DNA of 64,000 nucleotides from an uncultured Methanoregulaceae archaeon. GTDB taxonomy: Archaea > Halobacteriota > Methanomicrobia > Methanomicrobiales > Methanospirillaceae. Below the pieces are notes generated by a model. That model did not search any database and had not been told where the DNA came from. It worked only from the letters and a program-made list of their open reading frames with translations. The stretch is taken from NCBI GenBank assembly GCA_963701095.1, contig OY969564.1, positions 1,632,001 to 1,696,000 of the forward strand, written 5' to 3'. Positions 32,687-43,811 of this stretch are shown here, in pieces (the stretch's first letter is position 1; each line of letters starts with the position of its first letter). A program made the translations under genes and the position numbers.

Positions 32687-33586
32687 ATGAGAAACAACGA
32701 CGAGAACCAACACACTACGGAGAACCTCGGTGCCTGGATAACAGAACGTATTCAGGAGTTCTGCCGGACATCCCCCGAGAACAGTCTGAAGAACAGAGGG
32801 AATGACCGGGCCTGGGACGAACCCCTCGTCGGGTTCTCACGTGGGGGGGATTCGTTGTTCGAGTTGATGCAAAAGGATATCGGATCTCCTTATTTGCTCC
32901 CGATAGAAATCTTCAGGAAATCTTTTCCGGATACAGACGCAAAGGCTGACGATCTCACGGTTATTTCCTGGATCCTTCCCCATATTCCGGAGACAATTGC
33001 GGATAATGCAAAGGAAACTTCACTTCCTTCTGAACGGTGGGCACGGGCGAAACATTTCGGATCCAAGTTTGATAAAATACTGTCCCGGTATGTTGTCGAT
33101 CTTTTGAAGCATGCAGGATACATGGCTGTTGCACCTCAGTACACACCTTTCTGTACCATTGGAATGTCACAAAAATACGGATTTGCCTCGGTCTGGTCTG
33201 AACGGCACGCAGCGTACGTATCCGGGCTTGGAACCTTTGGACTGTGTGATGGCCTTATCACGCCGAAAGGAAAAGCCATGCGTTGTGGATCGGTCATTGC
33301 ACGTGTGAAGATTCTGCCAACGCCAAGACCGTACACCAATCCTCACGCGTATTGCTTGCATTTCACGCATGACACGTGCAGAAAATGTATCACACGCTGT
33401 CCGGCAGGAGCAATCTCGGAAAAAGGCCACGATAAGAAAGTATGTAATGAATATTTGATGGGTATCACAAGTCCATACGTAAAATCCCAGTTCGGTATCG
33501 ATGATTATGGGTGCGGGTTGTGCCAGACAGGTGTACCCTGCGATTCCAGGAATCCGGTACGAAACGAGAGAGCAAAAGGGAACTGA
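32687..33586 (+). CDS. Epoxyqueuosine reductase-like (QueG-like) 4Fe-4S protein
   Basis: WSERHAAYVSGLGTFG, C...CRKCITRCP, C...CGLCQTGVPC. Confidence 0.8.
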   Translation: MRNNDENQHTTENLGAWITERIQEFCRTSPENSLKNRGNDRAWDEPLVGFSRGGDSLFELMQKDIGSPYLLPIEIFRKSFPDTDAKADDLTVISWILPHIPETIADNAKETSLPSERWARAKHFGSKFDKILSRYVVDLLKHAGYMAVAPQYTPFCTIGMSQKYGFASVWSERHAAYVSGLGTFGLCDGLITPKGKAMRCGSVIARVKILPTPRPYTNPHAYCLHFTHDTCRKCITRCPAGAISEKGHDKKVCNEYLMGITSPYVKSQFGIDDYGCGLCQTGVPCDSRNPVRNERAKGN

Positions 33587-33612
33587 ATCGTCTGCCAGAT
33601 TCCGCCCAAAAT

Positions 33613-34071
33613 TCAATATCCGTAGGATTTTCCGGTCATCTTATCCAGCAGAACCTTCACCAGACAAACCCTCTCCATCTCTTTTTCCGAAAAAGGGTGT
33701 GCCTCGCTGCTATAATGCCGCATGATGCAGTTCATCGCCGCACATTTTTCCCCGTATTCACTGAGGATCCGGGCAGTGCCGGTGCAGATAACGCTCTGGT
33801 ACTGCATCTCCCATGTACAGGGATTGTCACTTTTGATCGGGCCTGATGAGCGGTCCACCTCGATGCAACAGCGCGGGTTTTTCGTGAGCATATCGATCTT
33901 CTTTCCCACCGGCGATGAATGGAAATAAATGGCATTGTCCTCGTATGCAAAACACACCGGCACGACATATGGCCTATTCTCATCTGCCAGTGCTATCCGG
34001 CATACATCGGCACTCTTAAGGATCGCTTCCATCACGCTGCGATCACTAATCTCGCGGTCTTTCCTTCGCAT
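33613..34071 (-). CDS. Pyridoxamine 5'-phosphate oxidase-like (NimA-type) flavin-binding protein
   Basis: MRRKDRE, PYVVP, IYFHS...GKK, NP, YQSVI..G, MTGK. Confidence 0.88.
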   Translation of the reverse strand: MRRKDREISDRSVMEAILKSADVCRIALADENRPYVVPVCFAYEDNAIYFHSSPVGKKIDMLTKNPRCCIEVDRSSGPIKSDNPCTWEMQYQSVICTGTARILSEYGEKCAAMNCIMRHYSSEAHPFSEKEMERVCLVKVLLDKMTGKSYGY

Positions 34072-34126
34072 ACTATTGATCTTTCTTCTGTTGGGCAGGG
34101 TACAATAAAAATGCCCGGGCGAACTA

Positions 34127-35214
34127 TCAGGCCTTCTGGTAAAGGGTCGTTCTCCGGGAGAGTGTCCGTCCCAGGTCTTCTGCTACCCGCTGCATCTCGG
34201 CCGGGTCCAGGTAATCCGTGTTGGTTGCCCCTGCCCCTTTGGAGATGCTTTCCTCAAACATCGTGCCGCCAAGGTCGTTTGCACCGGCGAGAAGACCCAG
34301 CTGCGCCATCTTTATTCCTTCTTTGACCCAGGATACCTGGATATTTTTGAAATTGTCCAAAAAGAGCCTGGCAACAGCAACCATCAGGAGATCTTCGCGG
34401 CCGGTCGCTCCTGCCCGTGCCAAACCGTCCCGGAATATCGGTGTGTTCATATGGATAAACGAAAGCGGGACAAACTCCGTAAACCCTCCGGTTTCATCCT
34501 GGATCTCCCGGAGGATGGCAAGGTGCCGGACCTGGTCTGCGACGTTCTCGCAGTGACCGTACATGATGGTCGCGGTTGTGGGAATGCCCATTTCGTGAGC
34601 TCCTGAATGATCCGCACCCATTCAGTGGTAGAAATCTTCTGGGGGCAGATCTGTTGCCGGACCGGGTCGACGAGGATCTCGGCAGCAGTCCCGCACATCG
34701 ATGCAAGACCCGCTTCTTTCATCGCCCTGAGCACCGATCTTGTATTGATCCCGCTCTTTCTTGCAGCGTAGGCGACTTCCATCGGATTGCTTGCGTGGAG
34801 ATGCACACCGGGTGCAGCTTCACTGATCCAGCGGTAGACGTCGATATAGGATTGCGCGGTAAATGCGGGATGCAGGCCGCTGACCGTGCAGATTTCGGTG
34901 ACATTCCGGGACTTTGCGAGCGCGGCTTTCTCCCGGATCACCGTTTCATCGTGGAAATAGCTGCCTTCTTCACCGGTTTTTTTGGAAAAACCGCAGAAAC
35001 CGCAGGCATTGACGCAGATGTTTGTTACGTTGATATTCTGATTGCGGACATAGGTTACAGCGTTACCAGCGACCTGTTCCCTTTTTTCGTCAGCGGCGGA
35101 TGCGATCTTCCAGACGTCGCGGTTCCGGGTTGTAAAAAGGCGTATTGCATCCTTTTCACTGATCCGGTTCCCGGCTGCCGCATCAGAGAGAATTGTTGAA
35201 AGTGCCCTGGTCAT
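34127..35214 (-). CDS. cofH: FO synthase subunit CofH, paralog A (frameshift near 34600)
   Basis: TYVRNQNINVTNICVNACGFCGF radical SAM motif, GTAAEIL, TATIMYGH, FTEFVPL, QVSWVK, GANDLGGT. Confidence 0.9.
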
Positions 35215-35334
35215 GCCGTCCCCTTTCGTCTTAGTGTGTCACACTGTGTCATACTAAAAGTAAACCTATCGCATTGCTTCCTATTCACAGGATACTTATA
35301 ATACCCCCGACACCAACGTCCCTTCCTGAGAGTT

Positions 35335-35634
35335 ATGGAACAGGTCACCGTTCAGTTGTCGCGTAAGAAAGCCGAGGGATACGTCATCCCGCTGGGACCA
35401 GCGAATCTTGTCGCTGTCATTACCGATGTAGGTCTTGTTGGTTGCGGGGCATTTGATGTCGCTGCACTCGACTCGTTCAGCTACCCGGCGGCAAAAGTCC
35501 GCCCGGCAAACGGGCCGTCCATCGTAAACACCAGTGATATCCTGACCGGTATCGTAAAAGAAGTCAACCGGGGAGCGATGGGCCGCGGAATTAAAAACGG
35601 CATGACCGGCAAAGAAGCGCTGGAACTTTTGTGA
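35335..35634 (+). CDS. YunC/DUF1805-like protein
   Basis: GLVGCGAFDV..L...AAKV...A...GI..GMTGKEALELL. Confidence 0.8.
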   Translation: MEQVTVQLSRKKAEGYVIPLGPANLVAVITDVGLVGCGAFDVAALDSFSYPAAKVRPANGPSIVNTSDILTGIVKEVNRGAMGRGIKNGMTGKEALELL

Positions 35635-35653
35635 TCCTGACAAATATAAAAAA

Positions 35654-37829
35654 TTATTTTCCGATTATTTCTCTGAATCTGATCGAGAACGCTGCACCTT
35701 CTTTTCCGGATACATTAACTTCCGCCCTGAGCTGGTGTCGTGCAAGGAAGTTTACCAGCTTAAGTCCAAGCGATTTCGCTGTTTTCGGATCAAAAGTCTC
35801 TGGCAATCCGATGCCATTGTCACGGACTGTCAGCGTATAGTACCCATCTTCTAAGATAAAGGTGACCCAGATTGTACACATTTTCTCCCGGGTCGATTTA
35901 CAATCAAAGGATTTGGGAAATGCGTACTTGAAAGCGTTGGTAATGAGTTCATTGACGATCAGCCCGCAGGGTGTGCTGCGATTGAGATCGAGACTGACAC
36001 CTTCCGCGTTGACAATCGTGTGAATATTTTTATCTGAGCGATATGTTGCACCAATCTGTTCGATGAGCGTTGAGAGGTATATTCCCATATCGACGCTTGA
36101 GAAGTTCCGGGTTTTATAGACGGTCTCATGAATAAGCGCCATGCTCCGTGCCCTGTTCTGGAGATCCCTTTTCAGGCGCTTTCCCTCAGCCGAATCTTCA
36201 TCAGCTCCCCTCCAGAGACAAAAGGGAGATAAATGACGCAAGGTTGTTCTTGACCCGGTGATGGATTTCAGCAAGGAGAACTTCTTTCTCTTCAAGTGAT
36301 GTGGTGAGCTTCGCTTCATTTTCCCGCAGTTCTTCACCGGTAACTGTAAGCTCTTCGTTAGCTGTCTCTATCTCGTGACTCCTCCGGATCAAATCCTCTT
36401 CTGCCAGTTTGCGTGTGGTAATGTCCGAAAAAAGCGCCATGAAATGTTCTTTTGCCTGGGAAGAGACGGAAATGTGCAACCACTTATTCACCGGCCTGAA
36501 ATTGATATCAAACGATTCCGACACGCCGGTTTCTGCCACCCTCCCGTAGATCTCAAACAATTCGGGGAACGTTTGTTTTATCCCGGGGAAAACCTCAGTA
36601 ACGGGTCTCCCGATAACAACGGGTACGCCAATAATCTGGTAAAATGCAGGATTAACCGCAAGATAGATAAAATCAACCGGATGTCCCTGTTTATTGTATA
36701 ACATGCGACAGTAGGCAAACCCCTCCATCATATTTTCAAAGAGCGTCCGGTACCGGTCCTCTGCACGTTTACGCATCATCGCTTCTGCTATCTGGCCCCC
36801 AATCAGTTCGAGTGACTGTATTATATCGAGTGTGAAACCGTCTTTTCTGAAACAGTTGATCTGAAGAGTTCCGATAATCTGCTGCACATTTTTCCGGATG
36901 GGAATAATGGCGACTGAAGCGAACCCCATGTGGATGCAGGTATTCCTTGGATGGTACCGTGGATCATCAGATTCGGGTAGTTCCAGGAGCGACGAAGAAT
37001 TATTTGTCCAGAAACTTCCGCCCGGAGTAAACAGCGGGTTATTGGGATCCGTCTTTCCTGAAATAACCAGCCCGCATGTGCACTCCAAGTTGATATCCCC
37101 ATTTTCGTCCCGGCAGATTTTGTCATCCTCAACTGGTGCCAGGGTGTTTTCCTTGAGAAGGAATTCTGTGGAGAATCCATCATGGACAAAATACGGGAAA
37201 TCGTCGCCGGTTCTGAGCCGAATACCGATGCAATCGGCCTGTGTTGCCTGTTTTAGTAAATTCAGGACACGCCGGAGAATGTCCTGGACATCAGTCGGTT
37301 CGTTGAGAACTCCGAGGACATCGGCCGAGAGCTGGCGGAACGCCTCTGCACGTTTACGATCGGTAATATCTCTGATGATCGAGAAAAGGACAGGTTCACC
37401 ATCCAGGTTCATGGAAAAAGAATTGATCTCCACCGGGAGATCCTGCCCGTCTTTTTTTCGATGAAGTGCCTCGAAGAGAACCCCTTTCGCATCGGCTTTT
37501 CTTATCTGTTGCTCAACCTTTGACCGGGGATCTGATGCACGAAGGTTAAAGAGAGTCATGCCAAGCAGCATGTCGTGGGAGAAGCCATAGACTTCGGAAG
37601 CTTTCTGGTTCGCCTCAATGATCCTCCCATCGCTCTTCCGGATGAAAAGCACGATATCCCGGGCATTCTCGGTAAATGTCTTAAAAATCTTCAGCCGCTC
37701 TTCAGCACGTTTTTGTTCAGTTATATCGGAAATAGCGAGGCGGACTACCGGGTTCACGTTCGTTCGTTTCATCCGGATGCAGTCCAACCGAGCATCAAAA
37801 AAAGAGCCGTCGTGTTTGCGTATTTTCAC
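35654..37829 (-). CDS. PAS-GAF-PAS HisKA_2 sensor histidine kinase (frameshift near 36202; 5' end uncertain)
   Basis: PAS/PAC ends (DITEQKRAE, RDITDRKRAE), GAF, EKEVLLAEIHHRVKNNL, then NELITNAFKYAF, DNGIG, SLGL in a shifted frame. Confidence 0.88.
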
Positions 37830-38098
37830 GTCAATGGTCTGCTTTCCTACGGAGAATATCCGGATCTATCCGCCTTTTTCTTCTTCGTGGCATTATCTTT
37901 ACCAAATCGCCCACATCCGGGAATTCACTGTTTTTTCTGGGTCTGAACCCACCGTAGTTCTGGTAGTTATTATCTTCCTAGTCAATCCTTTGCTTTGATA
38001 TAATGAACAGGCGTGATTGCAAAATCGAATAAAGGAGTTTTTTAAGAAATTCCATTTCGGTAATATCACTTCATGAGGGACTATGCAGTCACAATCCG

Positions 38099-38125
38099 TG
38101 TATTAATATCATAAATATTAATACA
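38099..38125. promoter_or_regulatory. Perfect 11-bp inverted repeat in the divergent kinase/cheBR intergenic region
   Basis: TGTATTAATAT-cataa-ATATTAATACA. Confidence 0.5.
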
Positions 38126-38296
38126 TTGTTATGAGCCCATTGCTTCCCGCTCACGGAGTTTCCGGCACACATCAATTATTATCCTAAAAAACAATAGAGC
38201 CCATATAAACTCGTCAGGATGTATCTAAAACCGAGAAATCCGACAATTTTTCCTGATGCCGTCAATCGAACCATCGTGGGTAAACGTGATGAGAAT

Positions 38297-41291
38297 ATGG
38301 CCGTGAAAAAGAAGAATCCCGGAACAATAAAAGCCAAAGCCGCAAAGAAACTCCCCGACGGGAATAAGGATCTCGATGTAAAAACCGGATTTCCCATTAT
38401 TGGTATGGGTGCATCGGCGGGCGGACTCGAAGCGTTTGAGATTTTCTTTAAGGAAATTCCTCCGAATAGCGGCATGGCGTTTATCCTTGTTTCGCATCTC
38501 GACCCCGGCCATGCAAGTATGCTTGTTGAAATCCTGCAAAGGATCACGAAAATCCCGGTGGTTGAGGCCGGGAACAACGTGATAGTCGAGCCTGACCATG
38601 TTTATATTATCCCGCCAAACCGGGAGCTGACCCTCTTCCACGGAACGATCCAACTCAACGTCCCGGGCCAGTTAAGGGGACAGCGGATGCCCATAGACAC
38701 GTTCCTCCGATCCCTTGCAGAAGATGCCGGGGAAAATGCTATAGCAGTGATCTTCTCGGGGAGCGGAATGGACGGGACGCTCGGTCTTCGGGCAGTGATT
38801 GGTGCCGGCGGCGTTTCCTTTGTGCAGGATCCCGTGACCGCAAAATACGACAGTATGCCTACGAGTGCCATCCAGAGTGGTCTTGCAACCTTTATTCTCC
38901 CCGTAGAAAAGATGTACAAAGAAATTGCAGATTATGTGCATAATTACCAGATCCGGAAAATTCCCACTCCTCTGCCGGTCCCGGAAGGAAAACATCCATT
39001 TACCAAAATCCTGATGGTCCTCCGTACAAAGACCGGTCATGACTTTTCTCTCTATAAACAGACCACGATCCGCCGCCGCATAGAACGGCGTATGGATATG
39101 CATAGTATCGAAGACCCCGATGCATATGCCCGGTACCTCACTGAGAACCCGTCCGAGGTTCACCTTCTTTTCAAAGAACTGCTCATCAACGTAACCAGTT
39201 TCTTCCGTGACCCGGAAGCATTCGAGATCCTCAAATCCGAAATCCTCCCCGAGATTTAGAAAACAAACCTGAAAACTATATTTTCAGGATATGGGTGGCC
39301 GGTTGTGCAACAGGCGAAGAAGCCTATTCTATCGCTATGATCTTCCGGGAATGCCTGGATACAGCCCGGCACCCGTTCAAAGTCCAGATCTACAGCACCG
39401 ATATCAACGAAGACGCTATCGCAATTGCCCGGAGCGGGATATATCCTCCGAATATCTCAATTGATATCACCCCGGAAAGGCTCAGGCGGTTTTTTACCAA
39501 AGAGGAAACCGGATTCCGGGTAAAAAAGAGATCCGGGAGATGGTCGTATTTGCCATACAGGATGTAATTAAGGACCCCCCGTTCACCCGGCTCGATTTGC
39601 TCAGTTGCCGTAATCTCATGATCTATTTTGAACCGGAACTTCAGAGCCGGTTGATCCCGACGTTTCACTACGCCCTGAACCCTGGCGGAATCCTTTTCCT
39701 TAGCCCATCAGAAAGTATCGGGCGGTTCACCGATCTCTTTTCTCCCATAAGCAGGAAGTGGAAATTCTACCATTCCCGACAGTTAATCAGCTCCACCCGC
39801 ACAGAAGGACGGTATAATCTCCCCGCTACACCTGTACAGATCGGTTTTGGAAAGCCGGAGCTTGCCGTGAAACCAAACGAAACAAACTTCGTCGAACTTA
39901 CCCGGCGCATTCTCCTCCAGAACTATGCACCTCCTTCGGTAATTATCGATTATGAGGGAAATACTCTCTACGTACAGGGCGACACCGGGAATTATCTCCG
40001 TCCTGCTCCTGGCCATGCAAACCTCAATATTATTGATATGGCCCGTGACGGATTGCAGCTGGGATTACGGAAAGCCATCAATACCGCGATAAAGAATAAG
40101 ACCCCTGCAATCGCCCGGGGACTCTCCGTAAAGACAAACAGTGGCATCCATCATGTCGATATTACGGTCAGATCTCTCACAGATCCCGGAACATCAAAAG
40201 AACTCCTGATCGTGAGTTTCCTAGACGCCAAAGAGCGGGACACAGAAAAAAACCCGCACCGGAAGACGCCGGAACGGAAGGGGCAGTCGAAACGCATAGA
40301 TGAGCTCGAGCAGGAGCTGCTGTATACCAAGGAAAACGTGCAGTCAAACATGGTCGAGATGCAGGCTGCAAACGAGGAACTCAAATCCACAAACGAAGAA
40401 CTCCAGTCAACGAATGAAGAACTGCAATCGACAAACGAAGAACTCGAAACCTCAAAGGAAGAACTCCAATCCGTCAATGAAGAGATTGTAACCGTCAATG
40501 CTGAACTGCAGGCAAAGATCGAACAGCTCACCAATATTCAGAACGATATGAAAAACCTCCTCGACAGTACAAACATAGGAACCATTTTCTTATATGAGAA
40601 CCTTGCTGTGAAACGGTTCACCAAGGATGCAATGCAGGTCTTCAGGCTGGTTGCTTCTGATGTGGGTCGTCCCCTTGCTGATATCAAGTCTACTATCATT
40701 TCCGAGGATATTGTGACCGATGCCCAGGAAGTATTGGATACCATGATCCCCCGGGAAAAAGAGATGCAGACCGCGGATAACAAGTGGTATCTCGCCCACT
40801 TTACTCCTTACCGGACATTAGAGAACGTGATCGAAGGAGTGGTGATCACCTTCACCGATATCACTGCCATAAAATCAATGGAGTCTGAGATCCGCCGGGC
40901 CCGTGAGCTTGCGGAAAACGTCATCAATACCATACGTGAGCCGCTTGTTGTGCTTGATCCTGAGTTTAAGGTCGTCTCCGCAAGTGGATCGTTCTATACT
41001 ACCTTCAGGACATCAGCGGTGGAAACGATCGGCAAAAACCTCTTTGAGCTTGGTAACCACCAATGGAATATTCCAAAGCTCCGTGAACTGCTGGAAACGG
41101 TTCTTCCCCAGAAAACCAGTTTTGAAAATATCGAAGTTGACCATGTATTCCCCGGTATAGGGAGACGCAAAATGCTCCTGAATGGCCGCCGGATTATGAG
41201 CGACCGTGGCGAATCCCGTCTCATCCTCCTTGCAATAGAAGACATTACCAACCAATTACCGGTAAAAGAGAGGAAAGGCAGGGGCACATAA
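38297..41291 (+). CDS. CheB methylesterase-CheR methyltransferase-coiled coil-PAS fusion (frameshifts near 39255 and 39525)
   Basis: GASAGG, SHLDP, PID.FLRSLA, SGSGMDG (CheB); INVTSFFRD, AGCATGEEAYS, SCRNLMIYF (CheR); NEELQST repeats; PAS domains. Confidence 0.9.
40371..40496 (+). repeat. Degenerate 21-bp coding tandem repeat (NEELxST heptads)
   Basis: About six units such as aacgaagaactccagtcaacg encoding NEELKST/NEELQST/NEELETS/KEELQSV. Confidence 0.85.
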
Positions 41292-41459
41292 AGTATGCCC
41301 GGAGAGAAATTCATTTCAATGATACATCGCATTTTTTTAAAACTTTTTCGATTGAAAACTTCTGTTAAACGAAAAAAATCTACGCATTATCGCTATGTTT
41401 ATCCTGTTAACGCTATATCTCACACCATTACGTGCGCCTGGTCTTTGTTTTTGCCTGAG

Positions 41460-42900
41460 ATGATCGAAAACGAAAAAGAACCCCCCACACACATCTGATA
41501 AGGCGGAAAAATCCGTCAATAATCCCCCCGATACATCAGGCGCTGTAAACTTCTCCGGTAACAGCTCCCTTAAAAGGGAAAAGACACGATCCAACGAAGA
41601 AGAGATCGAGCACAACAAGGGCCTGCGCCAGGCTGCAGAAGCACGTCTCGAAAAGGATCAGACTCCTTTCCCTGATATCAATACCTTGACCTCAGCAGAA
41701 GTAGGTACATGAACTTCGTGTCCATCAGATCGAACTGGAAATGCAAAACGAAGCACTTCGTGAATCGCAGTCTTCGTTAGAAGAGTCCCGTGACCGTTAT
41801 GCCGACTTGTACGAATTTGCCCCTCTCGGGTACCTGACGCTCACTAAAAATGCCGTTATAATTCAGGCGAATCTCACAGCCGCAACTATGTTTGGGATTG
41901 ACCGGCGGAAACTTATCAAAAGCCGGTTCGGGCAATTGGTCGCTGATGAGCATCGTGATCGCTGGAATCATTATTTCGCCAGTATCCTGCGTGCAGCAGA
42001 CAAGAGGGTATGTGAGTGAAGCTCAAGAAACAGGGCGGTTCGGTAATTATTGTGAGGCTCGAAGGCATCCGTATGATGCCCAAGGATGTAGAACCAAACA
42101 TTCGCATGGCAATCAGCGATATTACCGATCGTGTGAAAGCTGAGGAGAACCTCGCTGTTAAAAACCGCGATCTTGATGAACTTAAAGCCGCTTACGCAAC
42201 AATTACCATAGACGAGGAAAAACTGCGGCAGAACGAGGCAAAACTAAAAGTGGCACTTGAAGAAAAAGAGGCGCTGCTCTCTGAGGTCCATCACCGGGTC
42301 AAGAATAACCTGACCGCTTTTCTTTCTCTTATGAGTCTTGACAGTGGCTGTGAGAAAACCGAAGATGGAAAGGCGCTTAGACGGAATCTCCAGAACCGGG
42401 CTCGAAGCATGGCCTTAATCCACGACACCCTGTACCGTACAGGGAAATTCTCCCACGTTGATATGGACATCTATCTGCATACTCTTATCGGCCAGATCGC
42501 CGGAACGTATACAAAAGATTCAAAAATCAGGACCGTGGTTGACGTCCAAAGCGTAGCACTCGAGCTTGATCGGGCTACCCCTGCCGGACTGATCATCAAC
42601 GAACTGGTGACCAACTCTTTTTTGTATGCATTCCCGCCGGATTTTGATTGTATGGCAGTCCGGGGAGAACCCTGTACCATCCGGGTATCGCTTGTTCACA
42701 AGAATGGAACGGACATACTTATTGTTTCTGATAACGGCCGGGGGTTACCGGAGAGCGTGGATCCGTATACAGCAAAATCACTCGGCCTCAAACTGGTCAA
42801 TTTCCTCGCCCACCACCAGTTGAGAGCTGATATTGAGGTCAGGAAGGACAGAGGCATAGAGTTTATTTTCCATCTGAAGAACACCGGGAATAATGAATGA
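41460..42900 (+). CDS. PAS-HisKA_2 histidine kinase (frameshifts near 41490, 41705, 42016)
   Basis: LRQAAEARL, HELRVHQIELEMQNE..RYADLYEFAP, DITDRVKAEE, EVHHRVKNNL, NELVTNS, DNGRG, SLGL. Confidence 0.85.
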
Positions 42901-42962
42901 CCGGACAAACCATCCAAATCGGTGAAGATGAAGGCCTGATCCCCCTTTTGAAAATTTTTTAA
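42897..42962 (+). pseudogene. Truncated response-regulator remnant
   Basis: ATGA-coupled to the kinase stop; MTGQTIQIGEDEGLI resembles a receiver beta1/acidic pocket (ILIVEDE.LI), then stops after 21 aa. Confidence 0.55.
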
Positions 42963-43230
42963 TCAACGATCAACGAAATAGTGTCCGGAAATCCCCTTTC
43001 TAATACATCTCTTTATCGTATCACTCACCAATTGAGAAGTATCCTTATGCAACATACTGAAAAAAAGATAAAATTAATCCGTGACAAGTTAAGCAGAATT
43101 GGCATCGGAGAAAAGGGCCTTGATGATAAGGCCATTCTTGCATCGTATAACATCAACACCTTTGGTAACCTGTGTTCGGTTCCAAGGATATCCAATAAGC
43201 TGCCAGGTTCTCATTAGGGAGGGTGACTAC

Positions 43231-43497
43231 ATGAAAAAGGAAGAGTTACTGCATCTCCATATGTTGATGTTCCTCATCAACCTGTATTTCAAAGACATCC
43301 TCAATGACGAAATTCTTACGGAGCACTACGATTCCCTTGCACTCCATCCCTCCCATATTCACAAAGATAAAATCGCCCATAGTGACGCTCTCTTCATTCT
43401 CGGGGACGAAATTGTTTCCCATGTGAACCACCGAAAAGTGCCGGTTATAAACTATCCTTACCTGACTGTATTACCTCTGGCTGCAATAGAAAATTAA
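43231..43497 (+). CDS. UPF0058 family protein
   Basis: MKKEELLHLH...Y..L...P.HIHK.K..H..ALF.LG; GGAGGG upstream. Confidence 0.85.
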   Translation: MKKEELLHLHMLMFLINLYFKDILNDEILTEHYDSLALHPSHIHKDKIAHSDALFILGDEIVSHVNHRKVPVINYPYLTVLPLAAIEN

Positions 43498-43664
43498 CTT
43501 TTTTTTCGTTGACAGTGTTCAACCAGGAGAAAACAGATTCGCCATCAATGCAGTCGAAATTTCGAGTGTTCTGAAAAAAGGGGTAATCGAGCATGGGTCG
43601 ATTGCATCGCCACATGCAGGAACCCGGTTGTCTACTGGATTTACCTAGAATGCACCAAAGCGAA

Positions 43665-43811
43665 CTACTTTCTCGGGGTTGGCGTTGCCCAGGGATTGGG
43701 GAAATCGCGGTGGCATTGCTTACAATGCAGCTTCGGCGTAATTTCTGCCGTGCGCCACTTGAGGTCGCAATAGGGACAGCTGAAAAGATGGTCTTTACCA
43801 AAATCTGACAT
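43665..43811 (-). CDS. Small zinc-finger protein, 48 aa (not in ORF track)
   Basis: Manual translation MSDFGKDHLFSCPYCDLKWRTAEITPKLHCKQCHRDFPNPWATPTPRK* with two CxxC. Confidence 0.65.
   Translation of the reverse strand: MSDFGKDHLFSCPYCDLKWRTAEITPKLHCKQCHRDFPNPWATPTPRK

Noticed and set aside
40371..40496. CRISPR-like or non-coding repeat array
   Set aside because: These are in-frame 21-bp coding heptads with synonymous variation, no spacers and no cas genes.
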